From an uncultured delta proteobacterium (GTDB taxonomy: Bacteria > Desulfobacterota > Desulfomonilia > Desulfomonilales > Desulfomonilaceae), in the NCBI GenBank assembly GCA_963789265.1, contig CAWBKB010000005.1, positions 320,001 through 384,000 on the forward strand: 64,000 nucleotides of DNA. Direction: 5' to 3'. Under the pieces are notes generated by a model, which saw nothing but the letters and a program-made list of their open reading frames with translations, made no database searches and was not told the origin of the DNA. Shown one piece after another: positions 52,474-62,092 of the stretch (the stretch's first letter is position 1; every line of letters begins with the position of its first letter). The position numbers and the translations under genes were made by a program.

Positions 52474-52731
52474 ATGTGGTTATCCCGTCACACCAGATAC
52501 CCATCTCGAAGTACTTGGATTTCCGTATTTGTTCTCAGTTCGCCGTTGGCCATCCTAAGTAGCGGATCGAGCAAATCTTTTGTTAGTTTCTCCATGCTCG
52601 TCCCACTGAACAAAACCCTTGCATCGAAGACCGCCCATTTCCGTTTTCTGGCGAAGATGTCGGTGTTGGTGGCGATCCAGAGAATGGAAGCCGCAAAGCC
52701 CCCCGGCGTGCCGAGACCGGTGGTGAACATC
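52474..52731 (-). pseudogene. Degenerate 3' fragment of a UxaA-family gene
   Basis: FTTGLGTPGGFAA...RKRKW..FDA..L.SGT.ME.LT.DLLD...ANGE.RTNTE aligns with the C-terminus of the gene at 55263. Confidence 0.8.
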
Positions 52732-52798
52732 CTGCTCTGATTGGGAGCAAAATCCCCAGTCTTCAGTTGAAAACTGGGGGATTGACCCAATTAATTTA

Positions 52799-53809
52799 TT
52801 ACTGAATAGCAATAGTATCCGACGGTGAACCAGTAGCACCCTCTAAAGGAACTGGCACAAAAATCAACAAGAACTCATAAACATGGTCTTTTGCAAGTTC
52901 CTGCAAATCCAAATTCTGTAGCTGCCCGATTCCATTGACACATTCCATATAACTATGTGCCGGAAAAGGATAATCAGGATCTTCTCCTGGGACAGCATCT
53001 ATCGCCGGCCATGTATCTGCTCCTACAAGACCAACATTCTTTTTAGCAAGATACTTGAGAGCTTCAATTCCTACACCAGGACATCCCTCATTGAAAGTTT
53101 TTGCATCATCCCAATGTTCAATCCACCCGGTGTTAAACAGAACCGCATCCCCTTCTCCAATGGGAGCAATCTTCGCTTTTTTAATACACTGTTCGATATC
53201 CTTAACAGTAATGATCTCACCTTTTTTCATCGACTTAACGCCTTTTAGTCCTGCTGCATCTATTAAAACTCCTCTAGTTATGCAGGGCCCTTGTTTTTCC
53301 ACACCCAGGTGTTTCAGACCGTGCGCATTCTCTGCAGAATTTTCAGCCAGTGGATGCCCATTGTACCACCTGAAAACACCCTTACTATCCCTCAAGCCAA
53401 TATGGCCGAGACCATCATATTGGGTTCCCACTTGTCCAATTTCTCCAACCACAAATTCATCATTCCATACAATTCCCTGTTTTCCATACGGACCTCCCGT
53501 GGGTATCCCGGGGATTACAAGGCTATAGACGCGCCCCCAAGGAAGCGGCATTTTACGATTATAAAATTTCGAAAGCCTATATATTTTCCCTGTCTTTACC
53601 ACTTTAAGAGCAGCCTTGACTCTTTCCGGAGTTATTAGGTTAAAAGAACCTTTCTCATCACCAGCGCCCCATTTAGAAGGCCACCATTTTTCTGGTATTA
53701 AACCTTCTCCCGGTCCGGCATGGCAAATTTTGATATTTTGTATCCCAATAAGATATAGTGCTGCTAAAGCAACTACAAGAATAGTTATCCCTCTCTTTTT
53801 GCTCTTCAT
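52799..53809 (-). CDS. Exported cyclase-family (kynurenine formamidase-like) metal hydrolase
   Basis: Signal peptide, WGAGDEKG, QVGTQYDGLGH, TRGVLID, GDAVLFNTGW and GATGSP; visibly AT-rich. Confidence 0.85.
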   Translation of the reverse strand: MKSKKRGITILVVALAALYLIGIQNIKICHAGPGEGLIPEKWWPSKWGAGDEKGSFNLITPERVKAALKVVKTGKIYRLSKFYNRKMPLPWGRVYSLVIPGIPTGGPYGKQGIVWNDEFVVGEIGQVGTQYDGLGHIGLRDSKGVFRWYNGHPLAENSAENAHGLKHLGVEKQGPCITRGVLIDAAGLKGVKSMKKGEIITVKDIEQCIKKAKIAPIGEGDAVLFNTGWIEHWDDAKTFNEGCPGVGIEALKYLAKKNVGLVGADTWPAIDAVPGEDPDYPFPAHSYMECVNGIGQLQNLDLQELAKDHVYEFLLIFVPVPLEGATGSPSDTIAIQ

Positions 53810-53903
53810 GATGACACCCCCCTAAAATTCTTGTTAATGTTTATGTTACATGGTTTCCGTACCTACGCCCTGAAGATTCGCTCAATACTTTAAGGGAAAG
53901 TAG

Positions 53904-55078
53904 TTATACCGGGAGTTTCTGCCCTAAATGGCTTTCCCAACTGTTATTTTCACCTCCCTTCTGTCTGGCTGATGCTGGAATCGGTTTGGCGGCAAACTGC
54001 ACTTCCTCGATGGAAGGTACCAACCACCTCGATACCCTTCATGCTTCCAAGGCCTTTCTCGTGGGCCTTTCTAATATGACCGATTGCGGCAGCGTCAAAT
54101 CCCATAATAGTACTACCCACCGCATCAACAGCAACATAATCCAGACCTGCTACGATGGTATTCAGTGGTTTTGCATCTACCATGAGAGGCCCCAAGCCCT
54201 CACCGGCATAAATCCCGGTCACAATCCCGAAATGGGATTTGATCCGTTCCTTGACAATCGATGTCAGGTCAACGATCACATCCGCGATATTGGAATGGGG
54301 CAGTCCGGACTTATAGCTCCCGTAAACTTTATTCGCCGGAAAGCCGATAAAGTTCTTCATGGTCATGGTGGTTCCGCCCCACATGTGGGTTTTCATAGGG
54401 GCAACGCTGACCATTACATTGGCCTTATCAACAAGATCGAATATCGCATATTGAGGAAGGGCCAATCCCGTGGGGGGCTTCATCATCTTATAAGGGGTGC
54501 CGTCTAGATAGAGAATCTTTACGGCTGGATCCTTCAGTGCGGCAACTCCTTTTTCATAACCGGTCTCCTGGAAAAAACTGTGGCAGTTACTGGCGTTGCT
54601 CTCAGCAATGATGACTGTCTTGGCGCCCTGTTGCCTGGCTATTTTTGCTGTGGCGATAACCACCCGGGGGTCGCTGATTGTTGCCAAGGCGCGCGGGGTA
54701 GAATAATTACTCACGAGAAAGAAACCAAGATGCGGTGTCTGTACCTACGTTGGGTTTGATGAGAACAGTGTCCCCCGCCTTCACAGGGAGCCCGCCGGCA
54801 AGTTCACAGGCCTTTCTCACCATTCTTTCGATCTCGGCCATACTTTCAGGTGTCCAACTGACCTCCATCAATCCCAATCTTTGCTTCGATTTTGCCGTGT
54901 TATCTCCCCAGACAGTCATGTCAAAGTTACAGGCTGACCCCACATCCATGTCGCTTTTTACAATAGCGACAGCCGTTTTTGTCCTAGCCTTGAGTATTCC
55001 TGGCACACCACTCAAAGCTGCGGCCCCTGCGATTGCCGCCGAGGTCTTAATAAAATCTCTTCTTTTCATGTCTTCCAT
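53904..55078 (-). CDS. Tat-exported DUF362-domain protein, frameshifts near 54715 and 54015
   Basis: KRRDFIK Tat motif, GDTVLIKPN, MKTH, TMKNFIG, GEGLGP and D.VAVDAV; the corrected end reads ...HLGQKLPV (stop at 53904). Confidence 0.8.
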
Positions 55079-55262
55079 GACGCTCCCCCTTCGTGGTTTG
55101 CTGATGTACATCGAGACAAATAAGCCGCCGATCCATCATCCGCTATGTTCATTTCCAAGACAAATAAAAGGCCTGCTCACCTCCTTTCTGTATAATGATT
55201 AATAATGTGCCACCATATTTGTGGTTTTAATGCCTGAAACCATCAGCAGCCATGAAAGATTT

Positions 55263-56772
55263 TCAAGTCGTAATTCCATCCCGCCAGATACCCATTTCGA
55301 AGAACTTGTTCACTTCCGTATTGGTTCGTACTTCACCGTTAGCGACCTTCAGTATCAGGTCCAGCAAATCTTCCGTCAGCGTTTCCATACCCGTTCCGCT
55401 AAGCAGCACACCCGCGTCGAAATCGTTCCATTTCTTTTTACGTTTATAAATGTCGCTGTTGGTGGTCACTCGAAGCACCGGTGCCGCAAACCCGCCCGGT
55501 GTACCGCGCCCCGTTGTAAAGAGAATCAGCGTGCAGCCCGCGGCGACCTGACCGGTAATGCTCACCAGGTCATGCCCCGGCGCTTCAAAAAGATTCAGGC
55601 CAGGAACTGCTAACCTCCTGCCGAAGCGAACGACACCGGCCACCTTGGATTTACCCCCTTTTTCCGTACATCCCAGGGACTTTTCTTCCAGCGTGGAAAG
55701 CCCGCCCGCGTAATTTCCTGTGGTAGGATTTTTGCTGACATCGATGCCATATTTTTTATAATAGGCTTTGAAGTCAGTGATCAGCTTGACAATATCGTTA
55801 AATACTTTTTCATCGACCGCCCGATCCATTAGAATCTGCTCGGCGCCGAACATCTCCGGTACTTCCGTCATCACCGATGAACCACCCTGGGCGGTCAAGA
55901 TGTCGGTAATCTGTCCCACCAGCGGATTCGCGGTCAGACCGGAAAAACCGTCCGATCCTGCACAGTTGGTGCCGATAATTAGTTTAGATATCGGAACAGA
56001 TTCTCTTTGATAGGTAAGGGCGCGGACGTGCAGTTCCCGCAATAGCTTCAGCGATGTTTCGAATTCGTCTTCGACGTCCTGGCAAACGATAAACTTGACG
56101 CGTGTCGGGTCAAAATCTCCCAGGCTGGGTTTGAAGGATTCCACGTCATTAATCTCGCATCCTAGACCGACAAAAAGAAACGCCTCCCGCATTGGGGTTT
56201 TTAGACAATCCGGAAAGGATTGATCGGGTATACGATAAATTAAGACCGTCCTCGGCACATCCGCATTCATGGGTAAACGGGATGAAACCGTCGAAATTAG
56301 CAGATGCTGGCATCTCCGTATTTGCCGTGGCGGCCAGTTTTTCTATGGTGCCGTTGACACAAAATACAGTGGGAATAATGTAGACATAGTTTCGGATTCC
56401 CACGCCACCGTCATCGCGCTTGTAGCCATTAAATGTTAATTCCCTCAAAATTAATGGATTTGTAGCGGGAGAGCGTTCCGGATGGTATTGATAGGATACG
56501 GACTCTGTGATGGCGGATTTTATATTATGAATGTGGACCCATTCTCCTTCTCTGATATCCTGGATCGCATAACCGATAGGATAACCGTACTTGTAAACGA
56601 TCTCGCCCTTTTTGATTTCCTTTAAGGCAATCTTGTGGGGAACGGAGATATCGTTCATCACGGTGATGCTTCTTCCTTTAATATTTATGGTCTGTCCTTT
56701 AGCAAGCTGTCTGACAGCCACTGCAACGGGGTCTTTTTCATCAATGACAATCACGTCTTTGGTTAACTGCAT
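55263..56772 (-). CDS. UxaA-family (altronate dehydratase-like) hydro-lyase with N-terminal SAF domain, frameshift near 56180
   Basis: HKIAL, HIHN, GVGIRN, HECGC, NPNAGG, VGLGCE, CAGSDGFSGLTANP, GGLSTLEEKSLG and FTTGRGTP. Confidence 0.88.
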
Positions 56773-56857
56773 GTTAAGCACCTTTATTTCCACTCGGAAA
56801 ATGGATTATTTGTCACATCTCGACCAAGGATCAACAAGGCGTCACTTGGCCGCCTTT

Positions 56858-57736
56858 TTAGGGTCGGCATCTATTCAGCAAGCGCTGCCAGTCATCATCT
56901 ACCTGCCTTTGAAAGTGCTGATAGTCGCTGGCTAACATTTTGTTGAACCGGCCTTGATGTTTTAGATAAGTATCCACACTTACCTTGTCAGGCATGGGGC
57001 TTAACTGCCAGACGTCCCCGTCCGATACCTCATAAAGCGGAAATACGCGGCTTTTAACGGCCTCCCTGACAACCTCAACAGTCAACTCAGGGGCATGCCG
57101 CCAGCCGGTTGGGCAAGAAGCAAACAAATGAATGAAGCGCGAGCCTTTGATTCCTTTGGCTTTTTTGAGCTTGCCTTTTAGGTCCTCCGGTGCGCCGATG
57201 CTGGCGGTCGCCGCGTAGGGAATGCGGTGCGCCGCCATGATTTCTACTATGTTTTTCTTCTTCTGGGCCTTCAGGGCCGTAGCAGGTGTGGTGGTGGTCC
57301 ACGCGCCGGCCGGTGTAGCTGAGGAGCGTTGGATACCTGTATTCATGTAGGCTTCATTGTCGTAGCAGATGAAAAGGATATCATCGTTTCGCTCCACTGC
57401 GCCGGAAAGTGCCTGTAAGCCTATGTCAAAGGTGCCGCCATCACCCGCCCAGGCCAGTACGGTTGTATGGTCATTACCCAGAATACTCAGACCGGCCTTG
57501 ATACCGGCGGCGATGGCCGCGGTGGATCCAAAAGCGACCGACATGACCGGCACGGTCAGGCAGGTGTAAGGGTAAATACCAATCAGGGTGGACCAGCATC
57601 CGGCCGGCATCACTACAATCGTATCCTCACCCAGGGCCGAAAGCGTCTGCCGCATGGCTAAGGTTGCACCGCAGCCGGGGCATGCGTAGTGACCGGGAGT
57701 GAACAGATCTCTTTTTTGCCGGACGAGTTCATTCAT
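56858..57736 (-). CDS. 2-oxoacid:ferredoxin oxidoreductase beta (TPP-binding) subunit
   Basis: GHYACPGCG, GDGGTFDIG, DNEAYMNTGIQRS and CPTGW. Confidence 0.93.
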   Translation of the reverse strand: MNELVRQKRDLFTPGHYACPGCGATLAMRQTLSALGEDTIVVMPAGCWSTLIGIYPYTCLTVPVMSVAFGSTAAIAAGIKAGLSILGNDHTTVLAWAGDGGTFDIGLQALSGAVERNDDILFICYDNEAYMNTGIQRSSATPAGAWTTTTPATALKAQKKKNIVEIMAAHRIPYAATASIGAPEDLKGKLKKAKGIKGSRFIHLFASCPTGWRHAPELTVEVVREAVKSRVFPLYEVSDGDVWQLSPMPDKVSVDTYLKHQGRFNKMLASDYQHFQRQVDDDWQRLLNRCRP

Positions 57737-58896
57737 GGCAGCACCTCCGCCCAGTAGGTCTTCCCGGCACGGACTGCGTTTCCGTCTCCGGAAATCGCCT
57801 GCCGCACCAGAGGAGCAATGGTTTCCACGGAGACATCATTTCCTCCAACGCCGGCAATAAAGCCGGTCAATTTCCTGTCCCCATGGCGGTCAAACAGGCC
57901 CGCCTTGACCTCCTGGGCCACGATGCCCTCAGCGCCGAAAGAGACATCACGATCAATGGTAATTAGATGTTTGACGTTTGCAATCGCTCTTTTAAATCCT
58001 TCAAGCGGGAACGGTCGAATCATCGAAAGCCGAATGCAGCCGGCCATCAAGCCTTCCTCCCGTAAACGGTCCACTGCCAGCCGCATGGTGCCGGAGCCCG
58101 TACCGATACCAATGATGCACAGTTCGGCATCTTGGGTTTGATAGGCTTCCACGGCTGGGTGAGAGCGGTTAAAATGGCGAAAAAATTCTGCCGCCTTCTG
58201 GTCCCAAAGCTTTTCCAGCGCAAGAGTGTCACGATGCCGTTTGTATTTGATGGAAGTAAACAAGTCTGTTCCGCATACGTTGCCAAATGTTTTTGGGTCA
58301 TCCACATTCAGCTTACTCGACGGCTGATAAGGAGGAAGAAAAGCGTCCACCTTCTCCTGATCCGGCACATCCAGTACCTCGGAGGTGTGGGTCAAATAGA
58401 ACCCGTCCATATTGACCATAATCGGCAAGAGGGCCTTCTCGGCGACGCGATAGGCAATTAAAATGGCGTCAAGCACATCCTGGGCATCGGCGCAATAATA
58501 TTGGATCCACCCAGTGTCGCGCTGGGATAGCGAATCGGTGTGGTCACAGTACAGATTCCAGGGGGGGCCCAGCGCACGGTTGCAATTGACCATCACGACC
58601 GGGACCCGCGCCCCGGAAGCATAATGGAGCATTTCATGCATGTAGGCCAGGCCATGCGAAGAACTCGCCGTAAAGGCCCTGGCACCGGTCATGGAAGCCC
58701 CGATGCAACTGGCCAAGGCCGAGTGCTCCGACTCGACCGGCATGTAATTGGCCTTCAGTTCGCCACTGCCGATCATATCCGCCAAGTTCTCAACAATCAC
58801 GGTCTGAGGGGTGATCGGATAAGCCGATATCACTTGAACCCGTGCCAGCTTTGCGGCCAGGGCAGCGGCTTCTGTCCCCATCAAAACTTTTTTCAC
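57733..58896 (-). CDS. 2-oxoacid:ferredoxin oxidoreductase alpha subunit
   Basis: AYPITPQT, ESEHSA, SSSHGL and NRAL; GTG start overlaps the upstream TGA. Confidence 0.93.
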   Translation of the reverse strand: MKKVLMGTEAAALAAKLARVQVISAYPITPQTVIVENLADMIGSGELKANYMPVESEHSALASCIGASMTGARAFTASSSHGLAYMHEMLHYASGARVPVVMVNCNRALGPPWNLYCDHTDSLSQRDTGWIQYYCADAQDVLDAILIAYRVAEKALLPIMVNMDGFYLTHTSEVLDVPDQEKVDAFLPPYQPSSKLNVDDPKTFGNVCGTDLFTSIKYKRHRDTLALEKLWDQKAAEFFRHFNRSHPAVEAYQTQDAELCIIGIGTGSGTMRLAVDRLREEGLMAGCIRLSMIRPFPLEGFKRAIANVKHLITIDRDVSFGAEGIVAQEVKAGLFDRHGDRKLTGFIAGVGGNDVSVETIAPLVRQAISGDGNAVRAGKTYWAEVLP

Positions 58897-60113
58897 GAGC
58901 TTCTTTCCTCCATCGTAATAACCCCCCGAGGGCATTCATAGGCGCAGATGCCGCAGCCCTTGCAGTGATCCAGGTCAACCACTACGGAGGTTTCGTGCTC
59001 ATCCGGCCGGATGCTGGCGTCGGGACAAAACGAGACACACTCCAAGCACAGGTTGCAGGTTCCGCAGGACAGGCAGCGCTGCGCTTCCTGCAGAACCCGT
59101 TCTCGGTCCCATACCTCCTCTCGCTTGGTTTTTGCCTCTGGGGCCACGTCAGATACCAGCAAGCGCTCAATCTTTACGTCTCGCACTTTCACCGGCTGCC
59201 GGGGTGGATCGGGATTCGGTTGTGCGAGGCCTTGTTGCCCAGAAGGCATGACAAGACAACCGAATGCCTTCTGGGCCGTTAGACGACCCATGGCAATGTA
59301 ATGGGCAATCATTCGCGGTTTGAAGGGGGTCAGGTTTTTCGGCAAAATTGGAGCGATGATGTCGCCGCTTACACTTGAGTCATCAAAAGGATCAAAAGCA
59401 ACCGCTCTGGCAGGAATGGTAAACTTTTCTGAAATGCAGGTCGGATCCAAAATCGCCAGGTCAGCCTTTGACAGCTGCTCGCCAGGTGCATCGAAATCGA
59501 TTACAGCACCGGGTTCAAGTTTTATGTCGGCCAGAAGGATCAGGCGCTTGATCTCGTCGTCCAGAACCTGCGGCTCGATTTTTTCCGGTGAAAGATCAAG
59601 AAGCGCTCCCCCCACCCGATCGCCCGGATCCATGATAACGACCTGACATCCCCCCAAACTCAAAAAAAATGCACAGGACAGGCCAAGCGGACCGGAACCG
59701 ATGACCATCACCCGTCGATCTGTTGTTTTACTTCTCTCAATCTTTACCTTTGTGCCGATGTCCGCCAGAAACTGCTCGATCTTCTGAATCGATAGTGCTT
59801 GATCGATTTTTTTCCGAACGCATTTTGTCTCACAAGGGTGATAGCAGAGACGCCCGGTCAGGCCTGGCAACGGGTTATGCGACAGCAGGAGAGCGAGACC
59901 TCTTTGAACGTTCCCATTTCTTAGGACACTCAGATAGCTGGAGATCGGAATACCGGCTGGGCAGTTATGGCTGCAGGGCGCCAGTTTGTTCCTGACTAGC
60001 GGTGTTAGATAACGCCAGTCACCGGTGTCGTTCCAAGCCATGGTCCCAATGGTGGACGGCATTGTCGGAAGTTCCGACAGACTTTGAATTATTTTCTCAG
60101 GCTGCATCAACAT
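58893..60113 (-). CDS. Oxidoreductase delta-like subunit with an inserted GltD-type Fe-S/FAD module
   Basis: TGDWR, CSHNCPAG, GRLCYHPCETKC and GSGPLG, then CLSCGTCNLCLEC..CP and CKGCGICAYECP. Confidence 0.8.
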   Translation of the reverse strand: MLMQPEKIIQSLSELPTMPSTIGTMAWNDTGDWRYLTPLVRNKLAPCSHNCPAGIPISSYLSVLRNGNVQRGLALLLSHNPLPGLTGRLCYHPCETKCVRKKIDQALSIQKIEQFLADIGTKVKIERSKTTDRRVMVIGSGPLGLSCAFFLSLGGCQVVIMDPGDRVGGALLDLSPEKIEPQVLDDEIKRLILLADIKLEPGAVIDFDAPGEQLSKADLAILDPTCISEKFTIPARAVAFDPFDDSSVSGDIIAPILPKNLTPFKPRMIAHYIAMGRLTAQKAFGCLVMPSGQQGLAQPNPDPPRQPVKVRDVKIERLLVSDVAPEAKTKREEVWDRERVLQEAQRCLSCGTCNLCLECVSFCPDASIRPDEHETSVVVDLDHCKGCGICAYECPRGVITMEERSS

Positions 60114-60684
60114 CTTCCGATATACCGAATACTTCATGATATGCCGCTGCGGCAGCAGCCATGTTCTGTTTAGGATTAACTGGTACGCCTGTTTCTATGG
60201 CTTCCAGCAGGTTTGAAAGCGTAAGGTCACCTGTGATCCGCGCATAAGCACCGAGGATGACGGTGTTTATGATCGGGGCCATCTTTGAGCCCAAGCCGTA
60301 TTGAAGCGCTATTTTGGCGGCATCCACACCAGCCACTCGAAAGGAACCTTCTGTGGTGATCTGGTTTTCATGTTCCCTGCAACTGAGCAGGATCAGCGCC
60401 CCCGGTTCAGCGCCTTGAGCAATGTCCACTTTACGCAGAAGAGAAGAATCGAGAACGATTATCGACGACGGGTGTTTGATCTCTCCCCGTTCAACAATAG
60501 GTGCGTTGTCCAGCCTCACAAACGCGGAAACAGTCGCGCCCTTTCGCTCCATACCGAAAGAGGGAAAAGCCTGAACGTAGAGCCCCTGTTTGAAATAGGC
60601 ATTCGCTAGAATCCTTGAAGCGACAACAGCGCCCTGCCCACCTCTTCCATAGAACCGAATACCAACCATCACAAGATCCTTCAC
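60097..60684 (-). CDS. 2-oxoacid:ferredoxin oxidoreductase gamma subunit
   Basis: GRGGQGAV, QAFPSFGMERKGA and NTVILGA. Confidence 0.93.
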   Translation of the reverse strand: MKDLVMVGIRFYGRGGQGAVVASRILANAYFKQGLYVQAFPSFGMERKGATVSAFVRLDNAPIVERGEIKHPSSIIVLDSSLLRKVDIAQGAEPGALILLSCREHENQITTEGSFRVAGVDAAKIALQYGLGSKMAPIINTVILGAYARITGDLTLSNLLEAIETGVPVNPKQNMAAAAAAYHEVFGISEDVDAA

Positions 60685-61508
60685 TTCGTAGACATAAGTC
60701 GTTCCGGCTCAAGCTGGCAAAGAGATTCCGAAATTTGTCCAGCTGTTCTTGAGACCATCTTCATGAAATCAACACTCTTGTCTTCGGTTACCCGATTCTT
60801 TGGCGCTGATATGCTGATCGCCGCAACACATTCACCTTTGGCATTGACTATAGGCGCAGCAACGCAATAAACGCCGGTAATAGTTTCCTCATCATCTATG
60901 GCCACTTTTCTGATCCTGATTTGTTCGATTTCTTGAGTGAGAGCGTCAACTGAGTCCAGCGAACGTTCAGTAGATTTTTTGAGAGCGTTTTTTCGTGCGT
61001 AGATTCGTCTAATGTCATCGTCTGTATGGTATGACAACATTACCTTTCCTGTTGCGGCACAGTGAGCGGGAAATCGTGCGCCAAGCGGCGCTGAGATCCG
61101 CAACATCTCTTCGGACTCCAACCTGAATATGTAATGGATTTCGTTGTATTCGAGTACAGCCGCATTAACCGTCTCTCCGCAAATGGCACTCAGATCTCGA
61201 AGAAAGGGCACCATAACCGAGCGAAGGAATCTATCTCTCCTGGCCAGTGTTCCGATTTCCAGCGTCCGTAGTCCAAGACTGTACAATTTGGTGTCATTAT
61301 GCTGTTGCACATATCTTCGGACTTTCAGGGTGTTGAGGATTCGGTGAACCGTTCCCTTCCCAAGTGCAAGCTTATGGCTGATCTCTGTGACCGAGATAGC
61401 CCGGTCTTGGTCGATCAATAGATCCAGAACTGACAACGCCTTTTCCAATGATGTAACTCCGTAGTTGACCTTGGGACTTGATTGATACTTCGAGTTTTCG
61501 TCCGCCAC
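60681..61508 (-). CDS. IclR family transcriptional regulator
   Basis: SLEKALSVL, KGTVHRIL, HCAATGK and DDEE...CVAAPI...AISIS. Confidence 0.93.
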   Translation of the reverse strand: MADENSKYQSSPKVNYGVTSLEKALSVLDLLIDQDRAISVTEISHKLALGKGTVHRILNTLKVRRYVQQHNDTKLYSLGLRTLEIGTLARRDRFLRSVMVPFLRDLSAICGETVNAAVLEYNEIHYIFRLESEEMLRISAPLGARFPAHCAATGKVMLSYHTDDDIRRIYARKNALKKSTERSLDSVDALTQEIEQIRIRKVAIDDEETITGVYCVAAPIVNAKGECVAAISISAPKNRVTEDKSVDFMKMVSRTAGQISESLCQLEPERLMSTK

Positions 61509-61962
61509 GCTGATGTCTGAGCCTCCCTTACTGATTGTTTCGTATCTTACAACACAAGGCTACGATATAGAACCGTGACGGTCAAGCAAAAATGTTTCAT
61601 ACTCGACAAATAAGTTCTCGTATACGGAACACGTCCTGCTTTTCGGGCATACTCCCGCTCGGAATAACCGGTATCCGTCGAATTCTCTCAGGCAGCGATA
61701 AGAGTGAGGCTTAGGCCACCAGAGTTACAACGTGAATGAGTGTCTGATGAATTGTTTGGCGGTGAAAAAAAGAAGATCAGCACTGAATAGACGCTAACAC
61801 CGTCTGATTCAAGGATAGAAAAGGCAAGGGGTGAAGGGGTCAAGTCTCCTCTTGACTCATGTTGGACATTCGGCAGATGGGTACGTCGGGTCCTTTAGGC
61901 ACCAAGCTAGCAGGCGCAACGAACGAGTCCATGGGCGGATGACAAAATTCCCATTTCAATAA

Positions 61963-61993
61963 AAGAAAGGCCATCCAGTGAACGGCCTTTCTT
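61963..61993 (-). terminator. Terminator after tRNA-Val
   Basis: AAGAAAGGCC-N11-GGCCTTTCTT hairpin with a T-rich tail on the minus strand. Confidence 0.7.
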
Positions 61994-62004
61994 CCTGTTG
62001 TTCT

Positions 62005-62079
62005 TGGTAGGCGGGAGAGGATTTGAACCTCCGACCCCTGCCGTGTGAAGGCAGTGCTCTCCCCCTGAGCTACCCGCCC
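62005..62079 (-). tRNA. tRNA-Val (anticodon CAC)
   Basis: GGGCGGG/CCCGCCT acceptor stem, CTGCC-TTCACAC-GGCAG anticodon arm, GGTTCAAATCC T arm, encoded CCA; 75 nt. Confidence 0.97.
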
Positions 62080-62092
62080 AGTAGTTTCAAAA

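Larger units (their letters stand above)
48525..62028. mobile_element. Genomic island of about 13.5 kb at the 3' end of tRNA-Val
   Basis: Bounded by the tRNA 3' end and its direct repeat; carries a toxin-antitoxin pair, an IS, an AT-rich gene and a catabolic cassette; no integrase inside. Confidence 0.7.

Noticed and set aside
56858..60684. Calling the oxidoreductase a phenylglyoxylate oxidoreductase partnering the PadB-like enzyme
   Set aside because: The two loci have different regulators and are separated by an att-like junction; nothing in the sequence fixes the substrate.
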